DNA of 42,594 nt from Nemertoderma westbladi (GCA_032718475.1 JAUCBJ010008960.1:1-42594), one strand, 5' to 3'; counted from the first letter of the stretch, positions 1 through 11,928 are shown. Notes: a model not told the origin generated them from the letters alone. Translations and numbers: made by a program.

Positions 1-1825
1 GCTAACAATCGAAACTAAAGGAAAATATACTTCCTACTGTAAGGGTCCAGTAGTATACCGCTTACCAGATCCTAGTAACGATGTATCTTACTATGAGACT
101 CTAGTAATGTATACGGGCTCGTACAGTATCTGACAACAAATCCCAGTCCAGGATATCTAAACAAACAGATACAGTACACAAACGACTACTGGCGAGGAAT
201 AGAGCCTTGTATCTATTCTATGTACGTGAGCGGGTCTAATGCCTACGTACTAGACAGAAGGATACCTGTCCTCTAACCGGTGAGGCAGATGTACAGTTAC
301 CGTAACAGACCAAACTCACGGGAAAACAATCCCCGCGCAGCGAATCCTAACTATCACTGACAGTCCTAAATACAGTAACTTGCCGCGGTGTGATTTATAT
401 GGTTTATATACGAGCTAGTGGGTTAACAGACCTAGCGTAACAACACTGACAGTCCTAAATCAGTCGAAAAGGGGTCGTACCTAAATGTAACAATAACTGA
501 TCCCCCTGTATGAAATCAGTCTAAAAGGTCAGGCCTAAATGTAACAATACCGTTGTCCAGACAAACAACAGTTTAATAACGAAAGTGAAATACTCCTTAT
601 TTTGCCGCAACTAAATCAGATCCTAATTTTACAAATACAGATAATTTCCACCTAAAGTAATGTATAGTACGCTATAGCTAGTAGAACTTTAAGGGCGATA
701 TGTTTTAGGGCGTGTGTGTGTGGGTGTGTTACAAATAAAACAATTTCGTGTAATTCCTTTTACTAGGTTTTAGTGATTTTCTGACTAAATGATACCGTGC
801 GCTAGCTACTAAAATAAACTAGTCGCGTTTGTAGAACTTTATACTCACAAATGACGTCAAAGCTCTCTCCTTCCTATCCACAACCCAATGGGCAACCACA
901 ATGTTAGTAACTACACCCGTGATCGGCACTAATACCAGATTCTGGTTGTAAGATAAGAATAGGGGTTAATCGCTACCGTACGTTAGCTGATCTGGTATAC
1001 TAATTTAATTCTAGAACTTTGTTGCTGCGGTAGTTAGCAGCAATACCTATCAGTACGTGGCAAGGCGCGGTAGGATATTAATAAACCTCCCTAGGCCAAG
1101 CAGTGTGCCGGTAGCAGAAATACTCCTTGCCTGATCAAATAGCTAACTCCAGACAGGGGGGGGGGGGGGGGTACTAATGTACGTTCTACAAAGCGAACCG
1201 GTACCAAACAGTCAGTGCTACGAATCACTAAATTATGGAACATATGCTGTCCATACCTAATATGTACTCGCGTACTGACGAATGGCAATAGTTCGCACCT
1301 GTAGGAAGTACAGGTTAACCCAGGGGTTCGTAGGACTTGACAAAGGGGGGGGGGGGTTGTCTGGATATAATTATTTGATCCTAAATTTGCGGCGTCCAGT
1401 GCGGTGTCACGCTTACCCTGATCTATAGGTCTTACGGCGGGCAAGGGCGTCGAACAAAGTCTTACCTTCTCACAAAGCGGGCGCTGCATAGCAAGTGGAG
1501 TATTTCGAAGGGGCAAAGGGGGTGCGCGGTCGATCCAATGTGGGCGCTAGCGTGTTGTGGACATCCCTTCCCTGCGTTGCTTACGGCCTAACGATCTAGG
1601 CTGCCATCTCCCTGGTGTTCGGCTGTCCCGAAGTCGGACCAAAAGAAAACATGTCAGGAAATTGCAGTATATTTACAGTTTTACAAAGAATTATCAAACG
1701 AAGTTTCAACAAGAAACCGAATAAACTAATTTTAAAATAATATCAGGGTGGTTTACAAAGGAAGTGAAGGGTGATAATAACGACAGTAAGAGTGTGTTAT
1801 AAGGTGATAACCGAAGGCAAACCGG

Positions 1826-2082
1826 CCTTTTTATACTAGAAATTGCACATGGAAACTAAACAGAATTTTCCACAGCTTCACCATTGAGCAATGAAGTGCT
1901 TCGTGCTCTATGATTGGCCCAGCTCATCGTTCAACGCAGTCCGGCCCTTACACTAAATCTGGGACATGGAATCCTAACAGAATTTTCCACTGCCTCACAT
2001 TTGAGCAATAAGATAATTTATGCCCTATGATTGGCCTGGCTCATTATTCGCTACGCTGTACGCTTCTCATTGGCCTACCAAT
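1826..2082 (-). promoter_or_regulatory. Putative Pol II promoter (TATA + several CCAAT boxes) built on a ~117-bp direct duplication
   Basis: Minus-strand GTATAAAAAGG at 1826-1836. ATTGG at 1913, 2030 and 2069; CCAAT at 2078. Segments 1851-1932 and 1968-2049 are diverged direct repeats (cagaattttccac...ttgagcaat...ctatgattggcc). No intact downstream ORF found. Confidence 0.4.
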
Positions 2083-2121
2083 TAGCACCACACGAAAATA
2101 AATGGCCCCAAAATACAAATT

Positions 2122-2192
2122 TCCCGACTGTGATTCGAACTCGTAACCTACGTAATGTAACCAACGCCTTAACCATCTGACCACTACGCCAC
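2122..2192 (-). mobile_element. tRNA-derived (SINE-head-like) degenerate sequence
   Basis: Minus strand reads tggcgtagTGGTCAGATGGttaaggcg...gaGTTCGAATCacagtcggga, i.e. Pol III A and B boxes at tRNA-like spacing. No clean cloverleaf. Confidence 0.5.
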
Positions 2193-3808
2193 GAGAGTAC
2201 CTAAGGGTTTTATGTGTACAAATATGAATAGGCATATTACATTACTGTAACTTAATCAAAATACGTCGGATTTTCAAAAGTTTTTACGTTAAAGTTAAAC
2301 TACAAATGCTACCTTAGTGAAATAATTCATCAGTAGTAGTATTCATTTAACATATACATATACATAACATATATATTTATTATTTATTTATTTATTTATT
2401 TATTTATATAATATTTATTTAATATTTATTCATTTATATAACATATACTGTATTCATCGTATCCATGTTAATAATAATAAGTTAAATGTAATAATAATAA
2501 TAATAATAATAAGTTAAATATAACTAAATTTTCTATTGTGGGTTCTTGTTTATAATTACAGTTCTAAACAATCCAGATGGGTTTTATGTTTACTTAAATG
2601 TGTATTATAATGTACCTGTATAAATAGCTACAAGTAGTTATGGGTGGCGTGAGAGGTCTAAAGGACAGGTCCTTGGTTGGATTAGAGCATGATTGTCAGT
2701 AGCTGTGGTGCGGGCGACGGGTCTTTGTGTCTGGGAGGGAGGCGGCCATGGCGGTCTCTATAGGACTGTAAGATGGGGCGGGAATGTGTAGCCAGTGGTA
2801 TTAATCCTAAGAAACCGGTGTAGAAATTGTTTCTTTCAGTTGGGTTTTATTGCCGTGATTTATATTTGTAAAATTTATATTTTGTTAGAAATTAGTCATT
2901 CTTTGTATGGCTAACTATTTAAATTAGATTTATCAAATATAATTATTGTGTTTTACTTTGTGTATCAATGTTTGTTGTATCGGTTTCTACTAGGCCCTAC
3001 TTGTTTGTAATGAAATATTTATCACTACTAAAATTGGAAAAAAAAACGTATCCATAGCAACCACATCCAATACTGTTTACATTGAAATAACTTTATTCTC
3101 TCTATTTTATATCATAACAATATAAAAAAAACAAATACTCTTGAGCTTTGTGTCACAATTTTCAGCCTATTCATACGTTGTATGCTCATACAACCCTTAT
3201 CCACAGTTCTAGGAGTCTACTTCGATATGCACGATTATATTACAGCTCTCACATCATCTAAATTGTTTTGGTATGAAAACTCGCTGGCAACATTAGTGGC
3301 GGCCTCAACCATAATAATTAAAACTGTCATGTAACCCTAAGTCATAATCTAAAAAAATTTATTAACGTTTTTTATTAAAATTTATTACATTAACAGACAG
3401 ACAGACACACGTTGCGATGGAATTTTTATATATCTGTATTATAGCTGTATATACTGTAATTCTAAATTCGCTTAATTTATTGTTTTCGTTCACGGTCATA
3501 TTGACATTGTATCAATTATTTCGGTATTGTGTTGGGGTGTATGTGTAGATTTTGCTCAAATTCCGCAAACTTTTCTACTTCGTTGAACTTTCGACCCGCA
3601 CTCTAAACATATTTAATAAAATTTGTATAAATTCAACAAAAATATTTTCACGTTGTCTTATTTTTATTATTTGTTTACTTTTTGCCGGGAAAAGAGTAAA
3701 AGAAATGCAATCCTGGGTTACTATTCCCTATGGAAAAATGATGTTCTCTTTTTTCCCCGCTTTTACGGCATTCGAGCAAAAATAACAATTTAATTTATTT
3801 TATAACAG

Positions 3809-3964
3809 GACGCAATAGCTATCCTCCGTGAATTCAAAAACCTGATGCATCCCTTCATCACTATAACATTCAATCCAAAATGGCCTGAGATAACCGAGTC
3901 ATTACTCCCGGGTCAACGCGCAGAGGACCGGCCAGATATCGTGTCCCGTGTATTCCGGCTTCGC
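3809..3964 (+). pseudogene. Helitron RepHel Rep-domain fragment
   Basis: Hand translation DAIAILREFKNLMHPFITITFNPKWPEITESLLPGQRAEDRPDIVSRVFRLR matches the Helitron Rep motif-1 block (DAMAIVR.FGKPDLFITFTCNPKWPEI...LLPGQ...DRPDLV.RVF). Preceded by a T-rich tract and AG; a stop follows shortly after. Not in the ORF track. Confidence 0.85.
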
Positions 3965-4429
3965 TGTACATGTAGGCCTAAGTAGTACAGTATTTAGTAG
4001 TTTAGTTTAGTTATTTTATACACAATAATGTAGTCCTAAGTTACTTAATATATAATAAAAACTGGAAAAATCCCCTTATAAATAGATTATTTGTAGTGAT
4101 ATGTTTTAGTACTTAGCAGGTGAACTAACTGTTCAAGAGTATAGAAATTAATAGAATAAAAATTACATGAACTCTCAAACTAAAAACTAACTGATATAGT
4201 TATTATGATAAAGAAAAAGGTAAATAGTGGTACATATTATTGCTTTAAATAAATATTACTATTATTGAACCCTGAATGATCGCAATTATGTTTGAATTTT
4301 ACTTTTATAAAGTCGAATTTTTATAGTTACGAAAATTATGATTATATTAAAATTATTTTATGGTTACTACTTTGAACTCATCCCAGGTTATTAACATTCT
4401 TCAACTAGATCAATCACATAGTAATAATC

Positions 4430-5492
4430 ACCCTACAACGAATGGAAATCAATCACTTCGATCTTGTCCTTTCACTGAGCATTCAGCACACCTAACGCAG
4501 CTCCATTATCCCTAACCTTGAAACCGATGTGGCACTTCTTTAGTTCCGGAGTAATTTGGTGATGGTATGTAAGTAACTACAGAACAAGTAACATTTAAGT
4601 ATAATATTATACGAACGGGCGTTAAAAGAGCTCCAATTGTTTTCTAACTCATATCCTGTTTTTATAATCTCAACATTGACAGAGGAGGACGCCTTTTTAT
4701 AAATCGAATAACCGATTGGAAGTCTAATGTGCCTATGAAATCGAAATCTATGTGAACTGAGAGCTCGGGTTTGGCCATTCTCCATGGGATGCTGTTGCTA
4801 TCATAGGCGAGAGGTTCAATATCAGCTGATTTTCGCGCATAAATGCGCAGCACCAATCTTATGAGAATGAGAGTGAGTGAGAATTCTCTGTAACAAACCG
4901 CGATTCAGGTAATTATAGTTTATACTCAAGTTTGTCAACTTCCCTAGAGTGCTGAGCGGTACCATAGCAGATGAGAAAGGATTTTCTGTGGAAGCGACAG
5001 AAGGGTCAATTAATCCAAATATACCTATCGAGGTGTCTAAGAGACCTGCGGTTGTTTGTAACCAGACACCTTATGAGTCGGTCGGCTTCACTTAGAGGTT
5101 TTATATGGATATAATTTAAAGTTAGTTTTTCTAGAACTTTCTGTGAATCTGAATAAATTCATTGAGATGGTGATACAGTCCAACATGGTGCTGTTAGGGT
5201 TATATTCACATGATCTCCCGTATAAAGTGAATTGCGTTTAGTTGCAATTCCTTGAGATGGGTCATTGATTGAATGACGTCATTTATAAACTGTTGCATTA
5301 CATCGACGACAGACATTATCGACGACAGGTTTCGCCAGCGGACAAACGGTCGCGTTCTAGTAGGAAACTGAACAAATGGATAAGTATTTCTTGCGGGAGG
5401 AGCCATTGCCAATCAGACCCTTCGATTTCATCGCCGGGGTGATATCGTTGTCGCTCTAATTGTTCGTCGTCGCTCTGACTGGAATAGTACAT
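4430..5492 (-). pseudogene. F-box/LRR-like pseudogene
   Basis: ATG at 5492 leads to the F-box motif DWQWLLPQEILIHLFSFLLERDRLSAGETCRR, then a stop. Broken LRR-like pieces continue in other frames (MTHLKELQLNAI; RLIRCLVTNNRRSLRHLD; WRMAKPELSVHIDF...PPLSMLRL). Many stops and frameshifts; 3' boundary approximate. Confidence 0.65.
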
Positions 5493-6228
5493 TATCAACA
5501 AGCTTTTGGATAATGAAAGTAATTACTTAAAAAGTAATCGTCATTAGGTTTGTAGATTACGAAACTGTTATGCAACTGTAGACCACAAACTGTAGGTACT
5601 GTATAATAGTATAATACAGTAGTTACATAGTTGTGATAGTATAATAGTTTACAAATTGGTGTTGATAATAATTGTGAACATTTTTTAAGAAAACGTGATG
5701 GTTTTGGGGAACCAAAACAATAAGCGAAAGTTAACACATGGTACATTATTATGCAGGTTATTTCCCTTAAGGTAAAGGAACCTTTACGCGAGTTTACCAT
5801 TGCACAGCCTAGCACCTCCTTTATGCGACTCTACCATTGCACAGCCCAGCACCTCATCCTTCCTTCGAATGTGTTCGGGAAATATTTGCGGGATTATGAA
5901 TCACTGATACTATACAGTGAATGAACATACAGTAGCAATAAAAAATATGTTCAGTTCAGTATGTATTGTAAAGTAGAGTTTCATACCAAGTACTGTGTAG
6001 CTTTAAAGTACACATGCCCACATGCGTTTATCTGAATCGCACCAATATTTCTTGCTTATCACTTTAAATTTTCCTGTGACTCACTTCACTCCATGATACA
6101 AAGGCACAGTTTATGCCTTAGTAGACACACCGACCTTTGATCAATTTCGCGCTTGTTATCCTAAAGTTAGACAAAACCTTTCTCTTGGGATTATTTGGTT
6201 GTGTGGAGTTGGGGTTTCTGTGGGTGTA

Positions 6229-6265
6229 GTTGCTAGGCTACCGATGTAAACACAAGGCAGTAAGT
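6229..6265 (+). promoter_or_regulatory. RFX X-box + forkhead motif + splice donor (candidate TTC12 promoter / non-coding first exon)
   Basis: GTTGCTAGGCTAC (6229-6241; one mismatch to the X-box variant GTTGCTAGGCAAC), GTAAACA (6246-6252), GTAAGT donor (6260-6265). Confidence 0.4.
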
Positions 6266-7213
6266 TGTACAGTAATTACTACTGTAAAAAACTGTGCTTT
6301 GTTTAGGTCTGGTACCGGTACATGGGGATGAAATCAGCAATCAAATATGCTTACTATATAAATAAGGACATCCTAAAAAAATACTTTATTAGAAGGTAAT
6401 AGTTATTGTCCGTCCATCATAACAATCAATCAGTTGTTCTCGATTTATTTTTAGTATTTTTTTTATGAAATTTATGCTAATTTGTACTGTACCTTACATT
6501 TTTATTGTTTGCCGTGACTAACTATTTTTATGTTATTTGTACTGTTTGTGATATTATTATAGTTCGTGGCGATTGTAATACCGGTATTTTTTAATTGTTA
6601 TGCTATTTTTACTGCTCATTGTTACAGTTGTTAAGCCTATATTGTCAGTCGGGCACTTTGTCAATATTGACATGTGTCAATATTGACAGGTAGAGCTAGT
6701 TTCTCCAGGATGGGGCATGTCAAAATTGACATGGACATGTCAATATTGACATTTTTTTAACTGACGTGTTCAAATATTTCCAGACGTGTTTTTTAAATAT
6801 AAAAATCGAAATTATAAGTAAATTAGAAACTTCTGACCGTGTGGAAATTTTTTTCACCGTGTGTGCCGTTTAGTTAATATAAATACTTAAAGTTTTTCTC
6901 ATGTTAAAATTGACATACATGTCAAAATTGACATGTAATGATGAGAACATAAGTGTGGGGTTAGGCTGTAGGCCACGCCACCCTATAGAGTATACTATAA
7001 CTAGGGCTCAACAGAAGCTTCGGCTTCGGTTCGGGCCGAAGTTTGGAAATTTTGGTTCGGTTCGGCTTCTGCAATTGATACTGCAGAAGCCCGGAGCAAA
7101 CTTTGCTAAATATTCCAAGTATTACATTGACTGATTGAGCTAAGACCAGAAGACAGTAAGACTAATCAATCTGTCCATCGTTGTACAAATTAATTTTGGG
7201 GTGTAAACGTTAA

Positions 7214-8264
7214 GCAGACACTGGTGCAGAGCAGACAGTCTGACAGTGGTGCAGAGCAGACAGTGATGCAGACACCTGGTGCAGACAGTGGTGCAGACAG
7301 TGATGCAGACAGTGATGCAGACACCTGGTGCAGACACTGGTGAAGACAGTGGTGCAGACAGTGGTGCAGACAGTGGTGCGGACACTGGTGCAGACAGTGG
7401 TGCAGACACCTGGTGCAGACAGTGGTGCAGACACTGGTGCAGACAGTGGTGCAGACAGTGGTGCAGACAGTGGTGCGGACACTGGTGCAGACAATGGTGC
7501 AGACACCTGGTGCATACAGTGGTGCAGACAGTGGTGCAGACAGTGGTGCAGACACTGGTGCAGACTTTGGTGCAGACAGTGGTGCGGACACTGGTGCAGA
7601 CAGTGGTGCAGACACCTGGTGCAGAAAGTGGTGCAGACACCTGGTGCAGACAGTGGTGCAGACAGTGGTGCAGACACTGGTGCAGACAGTGGTGCAGACA
7701 CTGGTGCAGACAGTGGTGCAGACACTGGTGCGGACACTGGTGCAGACAATGGTGCAGACAGTGGTGCAGACACCTGGTGCAGACAGTGGTGCAGATAGTG
7801 GTGCAGACACTGGTGCAGACTTTGGTGCAGACAGTGGTGCAGACAGTGGTGCAGACACTGGTGCAGACACTGGTGCAGACATTGGTGCAGACAGTGGTGC
7901 GGACACTGGTGCAAACAGTGGTGCAGACAGTGGTGCAGACACTGGTGCAGACACTGGTGCAGACATTGGTGCAGACACTGGTGCAGACAGTGGTGCGGAC
8001 ACTGGCTGACTGGTGCAGACAGTGGTGCAGACAGGGGTGCAGACACCTGGTGCAGACAGTGGTGCAGACAGTGGTGCAGACAGTGATGCAGACAGTGATG
8101 CAGACACTGGTACAGACATTGGTGCAGACAGTGGTGGAGACAGTGGTGCGGACACTGGTGCAGACAGTGGTGCAGACACCTGGTGCAGACAGTGGTGCAG
8201 ACACTGGTGCAGACAGTGGTGCAGACACTGGTGCAGACACTGGTGCAGACAGTGGTGCAGACAC
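7214..8264. repeat. 12-bp minisatellite (GCAGACAGTGGT) with 13-bp variants (GCAGACACCTGGT)
   Basis: Directly visible array of ~1.05 kb. The unit has no stop codon in any frame, which explains the six-frame ORFs. Confidence 0.97.
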
Positions 8265-8269
8265 ATGCA

Positions 8270-9170
8270 TCATGCTGCATGAAGGCCTTTTAGCAGTTTC
8301 AACAGCCCTTTTCAGCATTTTTCATGCTGCACGAAGGCATCTGAACAGTTTCAACAGCTATTTTCAGCATTCTCATATTGCACAAAGCCCTCTGAACAAC
8401 TTCAAATGTTATTTTTTAGCATTTATGCTGCATGAAGGACTTTGAACAGTTTTATAACTTTCAACAGCAATTTTCAGCTTTTCTCATGTTGCACGAAGCC
8501 ATCTGAACAATTTCAACTGTTATTTTCAGCATTTATCATGCTGCATGAAGAACTCTGTGAACAGTTTTATCAACTCTTTTCAGTATTTCACATTCTGTGC
8601 GAAGGCCTGAAAGCTTCAAAACTTATTTTCAGTCTTTCTCAAGCTGCTCGAAGACCTCTGAACAGTTTCAACAGCTCTTTTCAGCATTTTTCATGCTGCA
8701 CGAAGGCATCTGAACAGTTTCAACAGCTATTTTCAGCATTCTCATATTGCACAAAGCCCTCTGAACAACTTCAAATGTTATTTTTTAGCATTTATGCTGC
8801 ATGAAGGACTTTGAACAGTTTTATAACTTTCAACAGCAATTTTCAGCTTTTCTCATGTTGCACGAAGCCATCTGAACAATTTCAACTGTTATTTTCAGCA
8901 TTTATCATGCTGCATGAAGAACTCTGTGAACAGTTTTATCAACTCTTTTCAGTATTTCACATTCTGTGCGAAGGCCTGAAAGCTTCAAAACTTATTTTCA
9001 GTCTTTCTCAAGCTGCTCGAAGACCTCTGAACAATTTCAACTGCACTTTTCAGCATTTATCATGCTGCACAAAGGACTCTGCGAATAGTTTCAAAAGCTC
9101 TTTTTTCAATATTTAAAATGCAGCAAGAATGTCTCTAACTAAAGCGTTTTGACAGCTTGTTTCAGTATTT
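8270..9170. repeat. ~51-bp monomer array organised as a 369-bp 7-mer higher-order repeat
   Basis: (c)tgaacag-type monomer starts at ~8341, 8392, 8442, 8503, 8558, 8607, 8658 and 8710. Near-identical duplication at offset 369 (ORFs at 8442 and 8811 begin identically). Confidence 0.92.
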
Positions 9171-9747
9171 GTGATGCTACTTGACTGCTTGAAGGCCTCT
9201 AAATAGATTTTGGTGGGGTTGAAATGAACATAAGAACCCAGCGTTCATGTCAATATTGACATTAGATGTCAATATTGACATGCAATAAAACATATCATTA
9301 AAATTATTACAAACAACAATATACATTGGTTGGATTCAACAATATTTTAATTAAAATAGATATTCTCTTTACAAAAAAACATTTTCTACTTTTCAAATCA
9401 CAATATTTAAAAAATTTATGATCAAAACATGTCAATATTGACATCATGTCAATTTTGACATGGAACATGTCAATATTGACAACATGTCAATATTGACAAA
9501 GTGCCCGACTGATTGTTTGTGATGACTATGATGTTATCTCTTATTATTCTATTTATACTATTTGCAGATTTGTACTATTTCTTATGCTATACCACGGTAC
9601 AGCGTTAACGTAGACGTAGAAGTAGGCTATTTGAAATTATTGAATTTATTACTTATATTAGTAATTACTAACGTTTGTTAAATAAACTGAAGTTGGCCTA
9701 AATTATTTACTTTTTTTCTGAAACCCACCGTCGTTTAATATATCGCT

Positions 9748-11928
9748 ATGTCGGCCACGGACAAAGAAAGTTCTGATTATTACCTCGGGAAAGTCGACGA
9801 AATATATGATATAGTAAAAGGATTTAACTCTACCGATAAGGAAGAAGTTGAGAAGGCCAGTAAACGATCGGACGATTTAATGAGAGAACTCAAAGTCAAG
9901 GAGGAATTAAAAGATGCCAAGATCCGAAGGGAAGACGAACGGGAGAAGGAGTTGTGTCCGATGAATCGATCGGTTTTAAATCGCAATGCGTTAGACGGGA
10001 GTCCCGCGGATAGCGATACGGCTACGATGGATCCCACAGCGTTTATGGACGTTTTTGGCCGTGATGCCGAACGGAGAGCCGAAAAGAGGCGAATCGCCCG
10101 CGGAAAAGCCGATAAATTCCGTGCAATCGGAAACGAATATTTTAAAAGCGGAAATTACGAATCTGCTGTGGAGAGTTATTCGCAGTCATTGGAGGAGTTG
10201 AAGGATAATCACCACGCGTGGTGCAACAGAGCTCAATGTTATATAAAACTCGCAAGATTCGAAGCCGCTATCAGTGACTGCGATTGGGCGATCAGAAGTA
10301 AGATTCACTTCGGCAAGGCGTACATACATAAAGGTCGAGCTTTGATTGGTTTGGAGCGGTTAGATGAGGCCGAGGAGGTTTATAATAATGGTATAGAAGA
10401 ATGCCCTGACGACGCCGCTGCCATCCGTAAATATTTGAAAGATCTTAAAGAAACAATTCGGAGAATAAATTCTGAGAAATTAGCGAAAGAATCCTTTGAA
10501 AACAAAGAAGGTGTTAACGAGACCGTTGTTGGTGTTATTGAGAGAATATTTAATGAGGAAAATCAACACCTTTCGTACTACACCGGTGGAATGTCTATAT
10601 TAACTCGGTTAATAGTTGGAGACACGGAGAGGGTTCTATTCCGGTTAAACAATGGGTTCTCCATCCAGGAATCCAACTCTATCGTCGCTAGTTGTTTATC
10701 GGCCCGCGGGAATTTGAACGCCGATGAAATTAATTTAGTGAGATCCTGGTATTTGTTGCTGAAACAAGCTTGTTTCAACCATATTGACAATATTAAGGCC
10801 ATGTTCCTGTCAATTACTAACTTTCGACAGATTATTTTGGGGCATTTGTGTGCCGAGATTAATGTAGACGTTAAGCTGGCGATTTTAGATTTATTTCGAA
10901 TGTTGTCCGAATTCTCGGAAAGTAAAGATTTACTAATAGACAAACTGTCGCCGCAACTCCTATTTAATTGTTTATTCGAATTGATTGTTCAGGGCGATCA
11001 CGTATCTCCTGTCTCCGCCTCTATTTTCTCGAACATTTGCGGTTGTAAATCGTTTCGAGCCGGATTCGAACTCGAACCGACGGCGAGTTTGTTACCGGGG
11101 TTCGAGAGAATTCTCGGTTCCATAAGGAACAACGTCGAGGTTGCCTTATCGGTTCTCTCCGCCGCCGTTAATCTTTGTTCTAATAAAAGAATCCTCAAAT
11201 CGATGACCAGTAGATCTCAGTTTTGGGATTGTTGCATAAAAGGTCTGGCGAGTCTGAAGAACATCGGACGTCGTTCTGAGGAAGTTGTCCTCCTATTAAT
11301 TATTCTCTCCAACTTATCCCTCGAGAAATCGGCTTTGTGTAAAGAAAAAAGCACGTTTATAGTAACCGAGTTGAATTATTTGCTACTGAATTCCACCGAC
11401 GACAACTTGTTAACCCGTTGCGTAACGCTATTGTCGCGCGTTGTAATCACTGATGACGCTATCTCCGTAGCAACCGATAAAGACGACGTTGTATGCAAAT
11501 TGATGTCATTAGCTAAGAGTTGTTGTGATGATAGTGACGTCACTTTGCTTCCGCCTTGTATTAAAGTTTTGGCGCTTTTAAGTCAATCGAAGGGGAATGT
11601 TCAGCTACTTATCGGAAGACTGGATGATAAACTGAGATTCATACGAAGTTTGTTATCAACAACTTACAATGATTTGGTTGTCGGGAACGCTTGTTTGATT
11701 GTCGGTAATTGCGCCGCCGTTAGTAGCATAGCCGGTTGTCTTGGCGACACGGACGTTATTCAGTCGTTACTCTCGGTCGCCAGTAACCATAGCAGCGAGA
11801 AGGTTAGAAGCAATGCCGCTATCGCTTGTGGGAAGTTGGCCAGTTCGAAGCAACGGAAACACTTGGAGAACATGAGGAAACTCGATGGAATGGGGATACT
11901 CCACGGTTGTGTGAAGTTTATTGATTAA
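9748..11928 (+). CDS. TTC12: Tetratricopeptide repeat protein 12 (TPR + ARM-repeat axonemal dynein assembly factor), single coding exon
   Basis: 726-aa ORF with three TPRs (FRAIGNEYFKSGNYESAVESY; WCNRAQCYIKLARFEAAISDCDWAI; KAYIHKGRALIGL) followed by an ARM-like helical region. The C-terminus (VVGNACL...RSNAAIACGKL...MRKLDGMGILHGCVKFI) resembles TTC12 as I recall it, and the length fits. Confidence 0.85.
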   Translation: MSATDKESSDYYLGKVDEIYDIVKGFNSTDKEEVEKASKRSDDLMRELKVKEELKDAKIRREDEREKELCPMNRSVLNRNALDGSPADSDTATMDPTAFMDVFGRDAERRAEKRRIARGKADKFRAIGNEYFKSGNYESAVESYSQSLEELKDNHHAWCNRAQCYIKLARFEAAISDCDWAIRSKIHFGKAYIHKGRALIGLERLDEAEEVYNNGIEECPDDAAAIRKYLKDLKETIRRINSEKLAKESFENKEGVNETVVGVIERIFNEENQHLSYYTGGMSILTRLIVGDTERVLFRLNNGFSIQESNSIVASCLSARGNLNADEINLVRSWYLLLKQACFNHIDNIKAMFLSITNFRQIILGHLCAEINVDVKLAILDLFRMLSEFSESKDLLIDKLSPQLLFNCLFELIVQGDHVSPVSASIFSNICGCKSFRAGFELEPTASLLPGFERILGSIRNNVEVALSVLSAAVNLCSNKRILKSMTSRSQFWDCCIKGLASLKNIGRRSEEVVLLLIILSNLSLEKSALCKEKSTFIVTELNYLLLNSTDDNLLTRCVTLLSRVVITDDAISVATDKDDVVCKLMSLAKSCCDDSDVTLLPPCIKVLALLSQSKGNVQLLIGRLDDKLRFIRSLLSTTYNDLVVGNACLIVGNCAAVSSIAGCLGDTDVIQSLLSVASNHSSEKVRSNAAIACGKLASSKQRKHLENMRKLDGMGILHGCVKFID

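Larger units (their letters stand above)
6646..9511. mobile_element. Non-autonomous TIR DNA transposon with 5-bp TSD (superfamily unassigned)
   Basis: Perfect 30-bp TIR cagtcgggcactttgtcaatattgacatgt at both ends. ATTGT duplicated at 6641-6645 and 9512-9516. About 12 sub-terminal copies of the palindrome (CA)TGTCAATATTGACA(TG). No transposase ORF. Confidence 0.9.

Noticed and set aside
1091-1516. 141-aa minus-strand ORF
   Set aside because: TTG start, crosses homopolymer tracts and splice-donor-like sites, no recognisable domain.
2122-2192. Functional tRNA gene
   Set aside because: A/B boxes are present but acceptor and anticodon stems do not pair convincingly; the same applies to 25290-25363.
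7002-7143. Nested hAT-like MITE (tagggctcaacag...ttcgg repeats)
   Set aside because: Right TIR matches poorly and no TSD was found.
7140-8445. Long ORFs in all six frames (356-392 aa; CLHH/SAPV/VCTT/GADS repeats)
   Set aside because: Artefact of a stop-free 12-bp minisatellite inside a TIR element; no unique domain.
8442-9116. Two near-identical 100-120-aa ORFs
   Set aside because: Translations of the 369-bp higher-order repeat with TTG starts.
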